DNA of 64,000 nt. Source: an uncultured delta proteobacterium (lineage in GTDB: Bacteria; Myxococcota_A; Polyangia; Fen-1088). The translations under genes and the position numbers were made by a program. The stretch covers positions 544,001 through 608,000 of the forward strand of contig CAVTRY010000011.1 of NCBI GenBank assembly GCA_963737265.1. Reading direction: 5' to 3'. The number at the start of each line of letters is the position of its first letter. The first letter of the stretch is position 1. The notes under the pieces were generated by a model. The model worked only from the letters and a program-made list of their open reading frames with translations. It was not told the origin of the DNA and ran no database searches. Shown piece after piece: positions 38,504 through 49,034 of this stretch.

Positions 38504-40834
38504 CTAATAGCGCAGCTCGACCCCGGCCCACGCTGCGCGCGGCGACCCTGGGCCCTGAAACCGTGGATCGGTAAAGGCCGGGAACACCGGCGTGGCGTCG
38601 CCCAGCACCCCGAAGCTGGCGTAAACGGTATCGAAGACATTGTCGAGGCGAGCAAAGGCGGAAATCCAGCGGGCGAAAGCATAGTCCGCTCGCAAGTTGA
38701 CGAGCATGTACCCTGGGATCTGCGGCAGCAAGTTCGCCTCGTCGCCGCGATAGTACTGACCGCTGTTGCCGAGGACAGCAGCACCGAGAGCCAGCCCGAA
38801 AGGCACGATCCAGGTAAGCGAAGCCTTGCCCACATGGGCGGGCGTCGACGGCAAATGCGCGCCGGCCGCGACGTCGATCTCGCCATTGACGGCAAGCGGA
38901 TGATGGGTGCTCGGCGCGACGAACGGCGTGCGAAAGGTCGCGTCGAGGTAGGTGTAGTTCGCCGTCCACTCGAGGCGCCCGGTGCGCGGGCTGAGGCGGA
39001 CGCGGCCATGGAGAAGTGCTTCGACCCCCCGCCGAAGGGTATCGCCGACATTGGAGAAGTAGCCCTCGTTGGTGAGCGGGCCCGCGCTGACGAATAGGAT
39101 GTCGTCGCTGTTTGCGGTGCGAAACGCCGCGATGGCGTAGTCGGCCGAGGCACGGCCGTGCTCGAGATGGCCGCGCACGCCCGCCTCGAAGGTGCGCGCC
39201 ACCACCTGCCCGAGCGGCGGATCGGCCACGAACTCGTTGGGCAGCCGGCAGGGAGCAGTCGGGCTGGCGCATGTAAGCTCCATGGGCGTCGGTGCGCGCG
39301 CCGATTCGCTGTAGCCGCCGTACACGCCGATTTGCGGTCGCGGTTGGTACGACAGCCCAACGGCTGGGTTGAGGCGCTGGTACGAGTGATCGCCGCCGAG
39401 GTCGCCCCCCAGCCGATCTTGCAGCGACTGCGTCGACCGGTTGAAGCGCGCCGACAGGGTCAGAAATAGCGCGGGCAAAGGTGCGAACGTGTCGCTGGCG
39501 TAGACTCCCAAGTTCTTCACCGTGCCGTCGACCGCTACCAGGGAAGTCGGATCGACGAAGTCCGTGTCGACCACGCCGCGCGAATCGTTCAAGCGGGCGA
39601 GAACAGTCTCGGACCTGAATCGAATAAGCCCCTCGTCCACGCCCCCGCCGACAAACAGATGGTTCTCGCGACCGCCAATCGGCGTTTCGAACCGAGCCTG
39701 CGCACTACCGCCGAACCCAATCTGATGAGTGTAGGTTGTGTTGTCCGAGCCGTCGTAAGGATTGCCAGGGTCGAATGGCACGGGATTGCCGGATGAATCG
39801 AGGACAACCGTCGCGTCGCTGTCGGCGCAGACAAACCCCGTCCGGCCAGCGGCCGCGCATTGATTCCACACGCCTCGATCGCCGTTGCTCGTCAGTGTTC
39901 GGCTGACTCGGTAGTAGGCCGCGGCCGAGAGGTGCACGGTCGGCGACAGCGGCCGGTCTCCGCGCAGGATCGCCGTCAGCATCCGGTTGTTGGTCTCGTC
40001 GGGATAGGTGAACGCAGCGCTGCGATCTTGCGCCAGGAGCTGAATCGGCGATGCGCCGAGCCCCGCCATCGCCGTGGCGGCCCCGACGACCGACAGGTCG
40101 AGCGTCGCACCGTCTTTCTGATAGACCGTCGAGAAGAACCCGTTGAGCGCCCGCGAGGGCGAGTGCTGCCGCCAGCCTTCTTCCGTGAAGATGCGTCCCG
40201 CACCGAAGTAACCCCAGTGCTCGCCGTGGCCGCCGGCCTCGAGCTCCAGGACGCGGCGGCCCCACGATCCGCCCGACAGCTCAACCTGCGCACCGGGGGA
40301 GTTGAAACCTGTCTTGGTCTCCAGCGACAGGGCACCGCCCAAGGTGTTGAGACCGAACAGCGGATTCGATCCGGGCATCAGATTCAGCGAGTGGATGGCG
40401 CCCGGCGGGATGAGATCCCAATTCACAACGTCGCCGAACGGCTCGTTGAGACGAACGCCGTTCATGAATACCGACATCCCTTCTGCGGCGCCCAAAACAG
40501 GCGAAGCGGTGAAGCCGCGATATTGCAGGTCGGGTTGGAGTGGATTTCCAAGGACCTGATCGATCGCAACGCCACCCAACGACTCGTTGATGAATTCAGT
40601 GAGGTCGAGATCGTGATTCGCGTCGATGGACTCGACGGTCGCTGTTTGGACATTGGCGGCGACGCGATCGCTAGGCAACAACGAGCCGTGGAGGGGCGTG
40701 GTGGCGACGACGACCGTCTCGTACTTCGGCTCGTATTTCGGATCTACGACCCCATTGTCATCGGCGTGGGAAGTCGTTGTTGCGAAAGCGCCAAGCCAAG
40801 CGCCGAGGCAGACGGAGACGCAACGCATAGCCAT
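38504..40834 (-). CDS. TonB-dependent outer-membrane receptor
   Basis: TonB box ETVVV, plug motifs (YRGF..., NGVRLNEPFGD, GLNTLGGAL) and the C-terminal NVFD...AGVELRY. Confidence 0.92.
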   Translation of the reverse strand: MAMRCVSVCLGAWLGAFATTTSHADDNGVVDPKYEPKYETVVVATTPLHGSLLPSDRVAANVQTATVESIDANHDLDLTEFINESLGGVAIDQVLGNPLQPDLQYRGFTASPVLGAAEGMSVFMNGVRLNEPFGDVVNWDLIPPGAIHSLNLMPGSNPLFGLNTLGGALSLETKTGFNSPGAQVELSGGSWGRRVLELEAGGHGEHWGYFGAGRIFTEEGWRQHSPSRALNGFFSTVYQKDGATLDLSVVGAATAMAGLGASPIQLLAQDRSAAFTYPDETNNRMLTAILRGDRPLSPTVHLSAAAYYRVSRTLTSNGDRGVWNQCAAAGRTGFVCADSDATVVLDSSGNPVPFDPGNPYDGSDNTTYTHQIGFGGSAQARFETPIGGRENHLFVGGGVDEGLIRFRSETVLARLNDSRGVVDTDFVDPTSLVAVDGTVKNLGVYASDTFAPLPALFLTLSARFNRSTQSLQDRLGGDLGGDHSYQRLNPAVGLSYQPRPQIGVYGGYSESARAPTPMELTCASPTAPCRLPNEFVADPPLGQVVARTFEAGVRGHLEHGRASADYAIAAFRTANSDDILFVSAGPLTNEGYFSNVGDTLRRGVEALLHGRVRLSPRTGRLEWTANYTYLDATFRTPFVAPSTHHPLAVNGEIDVAAGAHLPSTPAHVGKASLTWIVPFGLALGAAVLGNSGQYYRGDEANLLPQIPGYMLVNLRADYAFARWISAFARLDNVFDTVYASFGVLGDATPVFPAFTDPRFQGPGSPRAAWAGVELRY

Positions 40835-41108
40835 GATATCACCGCAACGGGACAGGGCCGTCAAGCGAGACAGAAACGCCGTGGCCTTTCCGCGCCTTGT
40901 GGGTTTGAGGACGAACGATGTCGGAAATCCGAAAAGGTTTCATCGACGCGACCGAATTTGTCCGCTTTCTTGCTATGCGGTGCGATTGGCACAAGTCGGC
41001 CTGCCTGCATGTCCAACCGAAAATTGAAGGAAACGACTCGGACCAGACATATCAGGGAGTAAAGACTCGCGTTCTCGCCAGTGCCGAAACACCACAAAGA
41101 CGAAATCC

Positions 41109-43307
41109 ATGAAAAAAGAGCATCCCGCCAGTCCTCATTCGCTCCAACGCCGTTGGAGCTCGCCCCGGCTCTCCGGTGTTGTCGCCCTCTGCCTTGGTTC
41201 GTTGTTGCCACGAGCCAGCTTCGGGTTGGACGTGCTGACGCACATGAACGACAACAATCGAACCGGGGCCAACACCAGTGAAACCATCCTCACCCCCGCG
41301 AACGTAACCACGAGCCAGTTTGGCAAGCTCTGGAGCTATGCCGTCAATGGCGCCACCTACGCCGAACCGCTCTACGTGTCCGGCGTGACCATCGCCGGCG
41401 GCACGCACAACGTGGTGTATATCGTCACCATGGAGGACGATGCCTACGCCTTCGACGCCGACACCAATACGCAATATTGGCACGTCAGCTTCGTGGGCGG
41501 CAACATCACGCCGGTGCCGATTGTCGACATCACTGGTAGCAACAGTCTCAACATCGTCGGCAATGTGGGCATTGAGGGCACGCCGTACATCGACAAGACC
41601 GATGGGACGATTTACATGCTCGCCCGGACGAAGGACACGAGCAACGGAAGCTACGCCCAGACCCTCCATGCGCTCGACCTCGCAACGGGTGCCGAGAAAC
41701 TCGGCGGACCGAAAGTGGTCACCGCAAATGGTTTCGATGCAAAGGTTCACAATCAGCGAATGGGTCTAGCCCTAGCCGGCAACAACATCATCATTGTTTG
41801 GACCTCGCACGAGGATATGCACGCCTATCACGGCTGGATCATGGCTTACGATGCCACGACCCTGGCGCAAACGGCGGTTTTTAACGATACGCCCACCGGC
41901 AGCCAGGGCGGCATCTGGCAGCAGGGTCGGGCACCGGCGGTAGATTCGAGCGGAAACATCTATGTGATCACTGGCAATGGCTCGTGGGACGGCGTTCGGA
42001 ATTTCAGCGAAAGCTTTCTAAAGTTGAGCAAAAGCTTGACCCTTTTGGATTGGTTCACGCCGGACAACTGGAGTGCGCTCAATGGAGGCGACTCCGACCT
42101 GGGCTCGGGAGGCACGATGCTGGTACCGGGCACAAATCTGGTAATCGGCGGAGGCAAGGAAGGAACCCTATACGTTTGCGACGTCGCGAACCTTGGACAC
42201 GAGCAAGCGGGTAACGGCCAGATCGTGCAACAGGTTGGCGGTTTCTCCAGGGGAGAGATCCACGGCGCGACGGTCTATTGGAACAGTGCCGCAAATGGCC
42301 CCCTGGTTTTCAATTGCGGGAATGGAGACCACGTCAAATCGTACAAGTTCAACGGCTCAACGTTTGGCACCTCGCCCTTTCAGACGAGCGCTGCGTCCTC
42401 CGGTGGCCAGCCGGGAGGATTTTTGTCGATTTCGGCCAACGGTAACACCAACGGAATCGTGTGGGCCACGATGGGCACCTCGGACAGCGACCATGGCACC
42501 GCGCCCGGTATCTTGCGGGCATTTAGCGCGGACAACCTAGGCGGAGCGGAACTGTGGGACAGCAACCAAAACTCCGCCCGCGACAACCTAGGTACGTTCG
42601 TGAAAGACGCCAATCCGCTGGTTGCCGACGGCAAGGTCTATGCGGGTTCCTATTACGGTAAGGTCAGTGTTTACGGATTGTTGGGTGGCGCCACGGGCAC
42701 GGGAGGCACATCGGGGACGGGAGCCGATGCGGGCGCCGGCGGAGGTGCAGCGGGCGGAGCAACAGGCGCGGGCGGACGAACCGGCGCGATCGGGAGCGGC
42801 GGCGCTGGCGGGACTTCTGCCCTGGGTGGGCAGAGCAGCGGCACGGGCGGAGTCTCCTCGGCCACTGGTGGAAACGTTGGCACCGGTGGGGCGACTGGGG
42901 CGGCCACTGGTGGAAACGTTGGCACCGGTGGGGCGACTGGGGCGGCCACTGGTGGAAACGTTGGCGCCGGTGGGGCGACTGGGGCTGGCGGCGCCGCAGG
43001 CGGGACCGGGGGAAGCCGTGCTGCTGGCGGCGTTACTGGAGTTGGCGGAAGTCCTGGCACTGGCGGGGCCAGTGGCATGGGCGGAAGTCTTGCCTCGGGC
43101 GGGACCTCCGTTGCGATTGGCCAAGGTGGATCTGGTGGTCAGCAGGTCGGGTCGGGAACCTCGAGTAGCTCCGGCTGTTCGTGCCGTATTGGCAAGACGA
43201 GCGGCGAGAGCCGCAGCGCCGGATTGCTGCTATTCGCCGTCGCGACGCTGGTGCTGCGCAGGCGTGGAAGCCGCACGAGCAAAGCAAAGGACACAGCTCG
43301 GCCTTGA
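41109..43307 (+). CDS. PQQ-like beta-propeller protein with Gly-rich linker and MYXO-CTERM-type anchor
   Basis: DVLTHMNDNNRTG, FGKLWS, TPYID, GGIWQ, DSDLGSGG and GGKEG. C-terminus is GCSC..hydrophobic..RRR. Confidence 0.8.
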   Translation: MKKEHPASPHSLQRRWSSPRLSGVVALCLGSLLPRASFGLDVLTHMNDNNRTGANTSETILTPANVTTSQFGKLWSYAVNGATYAEPLYVSGVTIAGGTHNVVYIVTMEDDAYAFDADTNTQYWHVSFVGGNITPVPIVDITGSNSLNIVGNVGIEGTPYIDKTDGTIYMLARTKDTSNGSYAQTLHALDLATGAEKLGGPKVVTANGFDAKVHNQRMGLALAGNNIIIVWTSHEDMHAYHGWIMAYDATTLAQTAVFNDTPTGSQGGIWQQGRAPAVDSSGNIYVITGNGSWDGVRNFSESFLKLSKSLTLLDWFTPDNWSALNGGDSDLGSGGTMLVPGTNLVIGGGKEGTLYVCDVANLGHEQAGNGQIVQQVGGFSRGEIHGATVYWNSAANGPLVFNCGNGDHVKSYKFNGSTFGTSPFQTSAASSGGQPGGFLSISANGNTNGIVWATMGTSDSDHGTAPGILRAFSADNLGGAELWDSNQNSARDNLGTFVKDANPLVADGKVYAGSYYGKVSVYGLLGGATGTGGTSGTGADAGAGGGAAGGATGAGGRTGAIGSGGAGGTSALGGQSSGTGGVSSATGGNVGTGGATGAATGGNVGTGGATGAATGGNVGAGGATGAGGAAGGTGGSRAAGGVTGVGGSPGTGGASGMGGSLASGGTSVAIGQGGSGGQQVGSGTSSSSGCSCRIGKTSGESRSAGLLLFAVATLVLRRRGSRTSKAKDTARP
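42861..42986 (+). repeat. 42-bp coding tandem repeat (ATGGNVGTGGATGA), three copies
   Basis: GCCACTGGTGGAAACGTTGGC.. repeated three times. Confidence 0.8.
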
Positions 43308-43326
43308 GCGCGCTGCAAGCCCGTCG

Positions 43327-43716
43327 CTAGTAGCAGCCTCGAACCACCAGTCCCGGGCCCAGCGGACGGCAAATCACGCTGCTGGTGTCAGCGATGGATT
43401 TCTCCCAATGGAGCTCGATACGGTCGCCTACCTGCCCCATCAAAGGGTAGGCAGACATGGAGCCGTCCGCTGACGCTTGCTGGATGATTCCAGCGCCGAG
43501 GTTTGCGTTGTAGATGAAGAAACGCGCGCCAATGGCGCGGCTATCTGGTGGCGTCGAGACCGACCACTCAGCGGCGCTGGGTCCCGCGGTGAACGTTGGG
43601 TCGGGTGGGGGTATGGGAATGAATGGAGAGTTGCAGGCAAGAACCACCACCAGGGAAACCCCCGCCAGGGCGGCGGCAATCCCCAGGTACAGCCGAGCTC
43701 GTTTGGGCTGAAACAT
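43327..43716 (-). CDS. Hypothetical lipoprotein
   Basis: Hydrophobic signal ending in VLA-C, followed by SPFIPIPPP. Confidence 0.7.
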   Translation of the reverse strand: MFQPKRARLYLGIAAALAGVSLVVVLACNSPFIPIPPPDPTFTAGPSAAEWSVSTPPDSRAIGARFFIYNANLGAGIIQQASADGSMSAYPLMGQVGDRIELHWEKSIADTSSVICRPLGPGLVVRGCY

Positions 43717-43854
43717 TATGAGGCTCTTCGTCCTAGCTGCTAAGCAACGGACGGGCCAGGCATCGACCAATGTTTCTGGCCAGTTTCGTCACCACGTGCC
43801 AACCAGTAGGTCTATTTTCGCCAACATAGTTGTCTAAGGGTTCGTCAGCGAGCC

Positions 43855-46800
43855 CTAAGCCACAAGATTGTACCGGCGCAGCTTCTTCTGCAATCCGAAT
43901 CTCGACAAGCCGAGAAGCGCGGATGCCTTGGTTTGATTGCCCTGCACCCTGGTCAACGCTTCGCGAATGAGCAGGCGCTCGATCCGTTCGACCCGCTGAC
44001 GGAGGCGCAAACTGTCCGGATCGCTGCGCATAGCCTCGCTGGGATCCTGGCCGGTTTGAATGTGCGCCGAGAGATCTGCTACCGTGACCGCGGCGCCAGC
44101 AAAAGCGCCTGCTCGAGCGATCTCGTTTTCCAGCTCGCGCACGTTGCCTGGCCAGGAATAGCCACACAACCTAGCCAGCGCGGCGGCCTCGATGCCCTTG
44201 GCGGCTGTTCCCGCCGGTCGTCCCGCCTTTTCAAGGAAATGGCGTACCAACAGTGGAATGTCTTCGCGGCGTTCGCGCAGCGGCGGCAGGTGCAGACGCA
44301 CCACGCTCAATCGGTAGAAGAGGTCTTTGCGAAACTTCCCTTCCTCCACCAGCTGGCCGAGATTCTTGTTGGTCGCCACCAGAATCCGGACATCGACCTT
44401 TTCACACCGCTCTCCGCCGCCCACGCGATGGAATTCGCCGTCCTGCAAGACGCGCAGCAACTTGCCCTGCATGGCGGCCGACATCTCGGCCACCTCATCG
44501 AGAAAGAGCGTGCCGCCATCGGCGATGGCGAACAGGCCCCGGCCGTCGCGGTCCGCCCCGGTGAACGCTCCGCGAACATGCCCGAACAGCGTCGATTCGA
44601 GCAGGGTTTCGGGAATCGCCGCGCAGTTCTCCGAGACGAACGCGCGATCCTTGCGCGGGCCATTGAAATGGATCGCTCGCGCCACGAGCTCCTTGCCCGT
44701 GCCACTTTCGCCTTCGATCACGACCGGCAAGCTGGTGTCCGTCACACGGTCGAGGAGTCGAAAGAGATCGAGCATGCTCGGCGACTGTCCGACGATGCGA
44801 CGGTAGTCGTAGCGCAACGCCGCCGCTTGCCGGCTCTCCTTGAGCTCGACGCGAACATCGCTTAGCGTGGCTTCTTGCACGCGCAACTCGCGCTCAAGGC
44901 GCCGATTCAAGGACTGGACCTGCTGTTCGCGACGGCGCAATTCGGACACCAGGCGCGCGTTCTCGATCGCGATCGCGCCCTGGTCGGCGAAATCCATCAC
45001 CATGGCCAGCTCATCATCACCAAAGACGCCTTTGCGCAGACGGTGATCGACGTAGATGGTGCCCACCACATCGCCCTTCACCGTCAGCGGAACCGCGAGC
45101 ACCGATCGCAGGTGCAGGTCGCTGACCGAAAGGAGCTCGCTGAATCGGCTGTCGCCCGCGGCGTCCACGGTGATCACCGGCTGGCCGCTGTCGGCAGCTT
45201 GTTTGGCGATGGATCGAGACAGGGCGAAGTCGGATCCCTCGAGACTCGTTTGATCGATGTTGCGCGCGACTTTGACCGCCAGCTCGCCATCGCTGTCCTT
45301 GAGCAAGAGGAATCCGCGTTCGGCATCGGTCAACTCGATGACGGTATCGATGATGGTCTCGAGCACGCGCGAAAGGCGAAGATCGCTGTTGAGCCGCTTG
45401 TTGATGCGCAGTAGTCGGCGCAAACGGCCTTCGAGCAGCGCCTTACGTTCCACGAGCTCCGCCACGTCCGTACCGTCGTTTTTGCCATTGCGCCGCCGCT
45501 CGTCGGGCACGGGTGCCTCAGCGTCGGCCTCGATACCGGCCCAGTATTTCGCCGGCGTATTCATCCGAACCTCCTCAAAAACCGTTCGAGCGAAGACCTG
45601 CGCCGCGTCCTTGCGGAAGTCACCCGCGCGCGCGAACAACCGGGCCGCCAAGGCAGCCATGCGCCAGGCGGCCGGGCGACACCCGCGGGCCTTCGCGTTG
45701 TCGGCAAGTCGAGACAAGTCTTCCGCAAGGGGCACGAGCATGGGCGCGCTGATCGCCCGATCCGCCATGGCCACCCGCGCCCGAGCCAGGGCGAGCAAGT
45801 CGGCCCTGGGCGAAGCGGCTTGCTCTGCGCCCGGCGCCGCCGGGACATGTCCATCGTTCTCGACGTGGACAAGAATCGCGCGTGCCTCGGCGAAGGCGCC
45901 CTTGCCCGCCAGGCACTCGGCGTGTCCGAGACTCGAAACCTCTGCCATGGCTTGCATCTTCAAGCGCGTGAATAGCTCAACGGCTTGCGCGTAGCTGCGC
46001 ACGCACTCCGAGCTGCGACGTTTGCGCTGAAGCTCGGCGCCGAGGAGCCAAGCGTACCCCTGGAAAGCTTCGATGCGCGAAGCCTTGGCGTCATCTTCCA
46101 ATCGCCTTACAGACCGCCCGGCGGCGTCCAGCTCTCCCAGCTCTAGAAATAACTGGCCGACGTTGAACACGGCCAGGGCATGATCGGTAACCGCGCCGAG
46201 TCGCCCCAGCTCGCGGATCGCGCGCTCGAGAGCATCGATGGCCTTGGTGTAGTTTCCGGTCTCGGCCAAGGTGCATCCCAAATTAAAGGTCGCCGCCGCC
46301 GCGCCGTGCAGATCTCGGGCGACCTCGTAGTCCTTCAGTGCATTTTGGTAGGCCTCGGCTGCTTGCATTGGACGACCTGCCAGTTGCTGGACGAGCCCCT
46401 CCAGCGCGGCAACGCGCGCGACCCAAGAGCGATCCCGTGACCGATCCCGTGACCGATCGTTTGACCGATCGTTTAACCGATCGTTTGACCGATCGTTTGA
46501 CCGATCCTGCGCGTTGCCAGCGTCGGATTTAAGCGAGCCGAGCAATTCCTGCGCGTCCCCTAATTTCCCGCTGTAAGCCAGCGCCAGGACGGCCGATTCC
46601 CGGGCTGCTAAACCGGCACCTGACTCGGCGTGAAGCGCGGGCGCCGCTGCAGCGAACGCCTCGGCGAAGCGTCCACTCGACACGAGCATTCGCGCCAGGC
46701 GCGCGCGCAGCAGAAGAGATTCTTCTTCGCCCGGATCGAGCCGGCCGAGCGCTTCCTCGATGATCGCGCGCGCAGCCTCGGGGTCGCCGCTCCTGCCCAG

Positions 46801-48993
46801 CAGCCACGCTTTGCGCTCAGCCAACCGCGCAGCCGCACCCGCATCGCCGGGCCCAGCGCAAGCATCGAGCAGGGCCAGCGCCTCGTCATAGTGGCCGAGT
46901 ATTCCAAGCGCGTTGGCAAAGACGAGACGATCGGCCGAGCTGACAACAATTGGACTGGTCTTGGGACTGGTCTCGCGCGCGCGACGCCCGAGGTGAGCGG
47001 CCCGACTCCACGCCCCCAGCGCTGCCGCCTGGCGCATTCCGCGCCAAAACCCCCCCGCGGCTTTGGCATTCTCGCCGAGCGCATGCTGGACCTCGGCCCA
47101 GCGAGAGTCGTCGTCGCTCAGGCCGCAAGTCGCGCGTCGAACCACAACTCGCAGCTCTTCGTCCCGAGCCAAGGCACGCCACAACGCCGACCAGTGAAGA
47201 TCGCTGGGCAGTGTCGCGCTGCCGGGCACGAGCCAGCCCGCGGTCAGCGCCTCCCGCTCCGCCGCCGCTGCTGCCGTTCTCTCCAGCCCATGCTCCGGCG
47301 GACTGCCCTCCGACGCCAAGCCCGTTGCCGTGACGAACACGCGGGCGGCATTCGTCAAGGAGGAGAAGCTCCCGTCGAGCAGGCGACCAAGGTCTGGGTC
47401 GCCATCTACCAGCGTCAGCGCCTGGGGTCTGCCGTCGCGCAGATTTCCAATCCAATTGCGCACGAGCAGAGCAACCGCGCCGGCCTGCCCGCCCGATGCA
47501 GCCGCTAGGTCGTCCAGGATCGCCGCAGGCGGGTCCACGCCGCCGCCTCGTCGGGCTAGCTCGGCAATGGATTCGCGCGCGAGCGGGCCAAGCGTGATGG
47601 CAAGGCTGCCTTCGCGCTCCGCTGAACGCTGGCTCGGCAGGAGCACGAGCAGGCGCCCGCTCGGCGGGTTGCAGGCCACCGCCATGGCCAGTGACTCGTC
47701 CTCCGGCGATCCCGAAAGAACGAGGCACAGCGGACGGGACAGCGAACGTCCTTCCAGAACCTCGATCAGTCGCGCGTGGCGTTCGCGAGATACCCGATTG
47801 GCGTCCTGCGGTGTGACGGTGTCGCCCTCGGCGACGCTCGCGCTGGCCGCCAGTAGCTGCGAACATTCGCGCTCTTCGATGTCAAATGGAGAGAGGGACT
47901 GCGACAACATAGCCAGGCGTGCGTCGCGTAGCGCTCGGCGAATCAACGTCCGTCGGCCCGAACCAGGCGTACCGACAAAGGCGACGACGCTTGCAGTGGC
48001 CGTTCCCTCGGCAAGCTGCTCGAACAGACGACGCAGCTTTGCCTCCTCTTCACTTCTTCCGACAATCACGCCGGCAAGTGGGTCGCCGGCAGGAAACGGC
48101 ACCGCCAGATCCGCTTCGATAGACTGCGGACGGCCCGGGATCTCGCGGCGAATCTCCTGCAGAAGCTCGCGTGCGCTGTTCGGACGATTTTCAACCGCGG
48201 GGGCGATCAGCCGAAGCAGCAAATGGTCCAACCCGGGCGGCAATCCGGGATGAAACGAGGACGGCGGCGGGGGAAAGCCTTGCCAGGCCCTTCTGACCGC
48301 ATCGAGCCCGACGCCAAATGGAGGTGTCCCAGCCCAAGCGTCATAGAGCGTGGCTCCGAGGGCGAAGAGGTCGCCCGCCGGCCCTCTTTCTCCAAGCAGC
48401 GCCTCCGGCGCGACAAAGCCCAGCGTGCCGGACGCGGTAAGGCTCGGCCGAGATCCTGGGGACGGTTGGCGTTCCGCTAGACCAAAATCGATGAGAACTG
48501 GTTTTCCTGTGCCGTCACAGCGGATGTTGGCCGGACTGATATCTCCATGCAAGACTCCTTGCCCGTGCAGATAGGCGAGCGCGTCGGCCAGCGCTTCGGC
48601 GGCGAGCACAAACCTGGCCACGCGATCGGTGCCGTCGGCCGAGTTGATCGTCTCGGCGAGCGTCGACCCCGTCACGTATTCCATGACAACGAATGCCCGG
48701 CCCGCGGAAGCGCCCGTTGTCGACACGCCGGCGTCGCTCACGCGAACGATGTTCGGATGCGAAAGCTCGTGGAGCCGAGCGAACTCTGCCCGCAGGTGCC
48801 CGAGCGCGGCCCGGTCGCCACGCTCCGCTAGTAGCTTCAGCGCCCACTGCTTCCCGTCCCTTTGATCCTGGGCAAGAAAGACTTCGCCGCCCGCACCACC
48901 CGAGAGTCTACGAAGCAGACGATAGCGTTCCGCGACGGCCTCCTTCGGTGCGTCGTCGGACTTCCTGCTGCCAACTTGATTGACCGATCTCAC
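43855..48993 (-). CDS. Ser/Thr kinase-TPR-GAF-sigma54 enhancer-binding protein (AAA+, Fis HTH)
   Basis: HGDISPAN and DFG kinase motifs, TPR-like helices, GAF, GESGTGKE, GAFTGA, WPGNVRELEN and a C-terminal HTH. Confidence 0.9.
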   Translation of the reverse strand: MRSVNQVGSRKSDDAPKEAVAERYRLLRRLSGGAGGEVFLAQDQRDGKQWALKLLAERGDRAALGHLRAEFARLHELSHPNIVRVSDAGVSTTGASAGRAFVVMEYVTGSTLAETINSADGTDRVARFVLAAEALADALAYLHGQGVLHGDISPANIRCDGTGKPVLIDFGLAERQPSPGSRPSLTASGTLGFVAPEALLGERGPAGDLFALGATLYDAWAGTPPFGVGLDAVRRAWQGFPPPPSSFHPGLPPGLDHLLLRLIAPAVENRPNSARELLQEIRREIPGRPQSIEADLAVPFPAGDPLAGVIVGRSEEEAKLRRLFEQLAEGTATASVVAFVGTPGSGRRTLIRRALRDARLAMLSQSLSPFDIEERECSQLLAASASVAEGDTVTPQDANRVSRERHARLIEVLEGRSLSRPLCLVLSGSPEDESLAMAVACNPPSGRLLVLLPSQRSAEREGSLAITLGPLARESIAELARRGGGVDPPAAILDDLAAASGGQAGAVALLVRNWIGNLRDGRPQALTLVDGDPDLGRLLDGSFSSLTNAARVFVTATGLASEGSPPEHGLERTAAAAAEREALTAGWLVPGSATLPSDLHWSALWRALARDEELRVVVRRATCGLSDDDSRWAEVQHALGENAKAAGGFWRGMRQAAALGAWSRAAHLGRRARETSPKTSPIVVSSADRLVFANALGILGHYDEALALLDACAGPGDAGAAARLAERKAWLLGRSGDPEAARAIIEEALGRLDPGEEESLLLRARLARMLVSSGRFAEAFAAAAPALHAESGAGLAARESAVLALAYSGKLGDAQELLGSLKSDAGNAQDRSNDRSNDRLNDRSNDRSRDRSRDRSWVARVAALEGLVQQLAGRPMQAAEAYQNALKDYEVARDLHGAAAATFNLGCTLAETGNYTKAIDALERAIRELGRLGAVTDHALAVFNVGQLFLELGELDAAGRSVRRLEDDAKASRIEAFQGYAWLLGAELQRKRRSSECVRSYAQAVELFTRLKMQAMAEVSSLGHAECLAGKGAFAEARAILVHVENDGHVPAAPGAEQAASPRADLLALARARVAMADRAISAPMLVPLAEDLSRLADNAKARGCRPAAWRMAALAARLFARAGDFRKDAAQVFARTVFEEVRMNTPAKYWAGIEADAEAPVPDERRRNGKNDGTDVAELVERKALLEGRLRRLLRINKRLNSDLRLSRVLETIIDTVIELTDAERGFLLLKDSDGELAVKVARNIDQTSLEGSDFALSRSIAKQAADSGQPVITVDAAGDSRFSELLSVSDLHLRSVLAVPLTVKGDVVGTIYVDHRLRKGVFGDDELAMVMDFADQGAIAIENARLVSELRRREQQVQSLNRRLERELRVQEATLSDVRVELKESRQAAALRYDYRRIVGQSPSMLDLFRLLDRVTDTSLPVVIEGESGTGKELVARAIHFNGPRKDRAFVSENCAAIPETLLESTLFGHVRGAFTGADRDGRGLFAIADGGTLFLDEVAEMSAAMQGKLLRVLQDGEFHRVGGGERCEKVDVRILVATNKNLGQLVEEGKFRKDLFYRLSVVRLHLPPLRERREDIPLLVRHFLEKAGRPAGTAAKGIEAAALARLCGYSWPGNVRELENEIARAGAFAGAAVTVADLSAHIQTGQDPSEAMRSDPDSLRLRQRVERIERLLIREALTRVQGNQTKASALLGLSRFGLQKKLRRYNLVA
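46430..46506. repeat. 12-bp coding VNTR (DRSN/DRSR)n
   Basis: CGATCCCGTGAC x2, CGATCGTTT(G/A)AC x4, then a partial CGATC. Confidence 0.9.
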
Positions 48994-49034
48994 TCCTCTG
49001 ATTATACGATTTTACTTATTTTTTTCCAATAGGA

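Noticed and set aside
46430-46506. CRISPR-like array
   Set aside because: The 12-bp units are contiguous with no spacers and lie in frame inside a CDS. There are no cas genes in the window.
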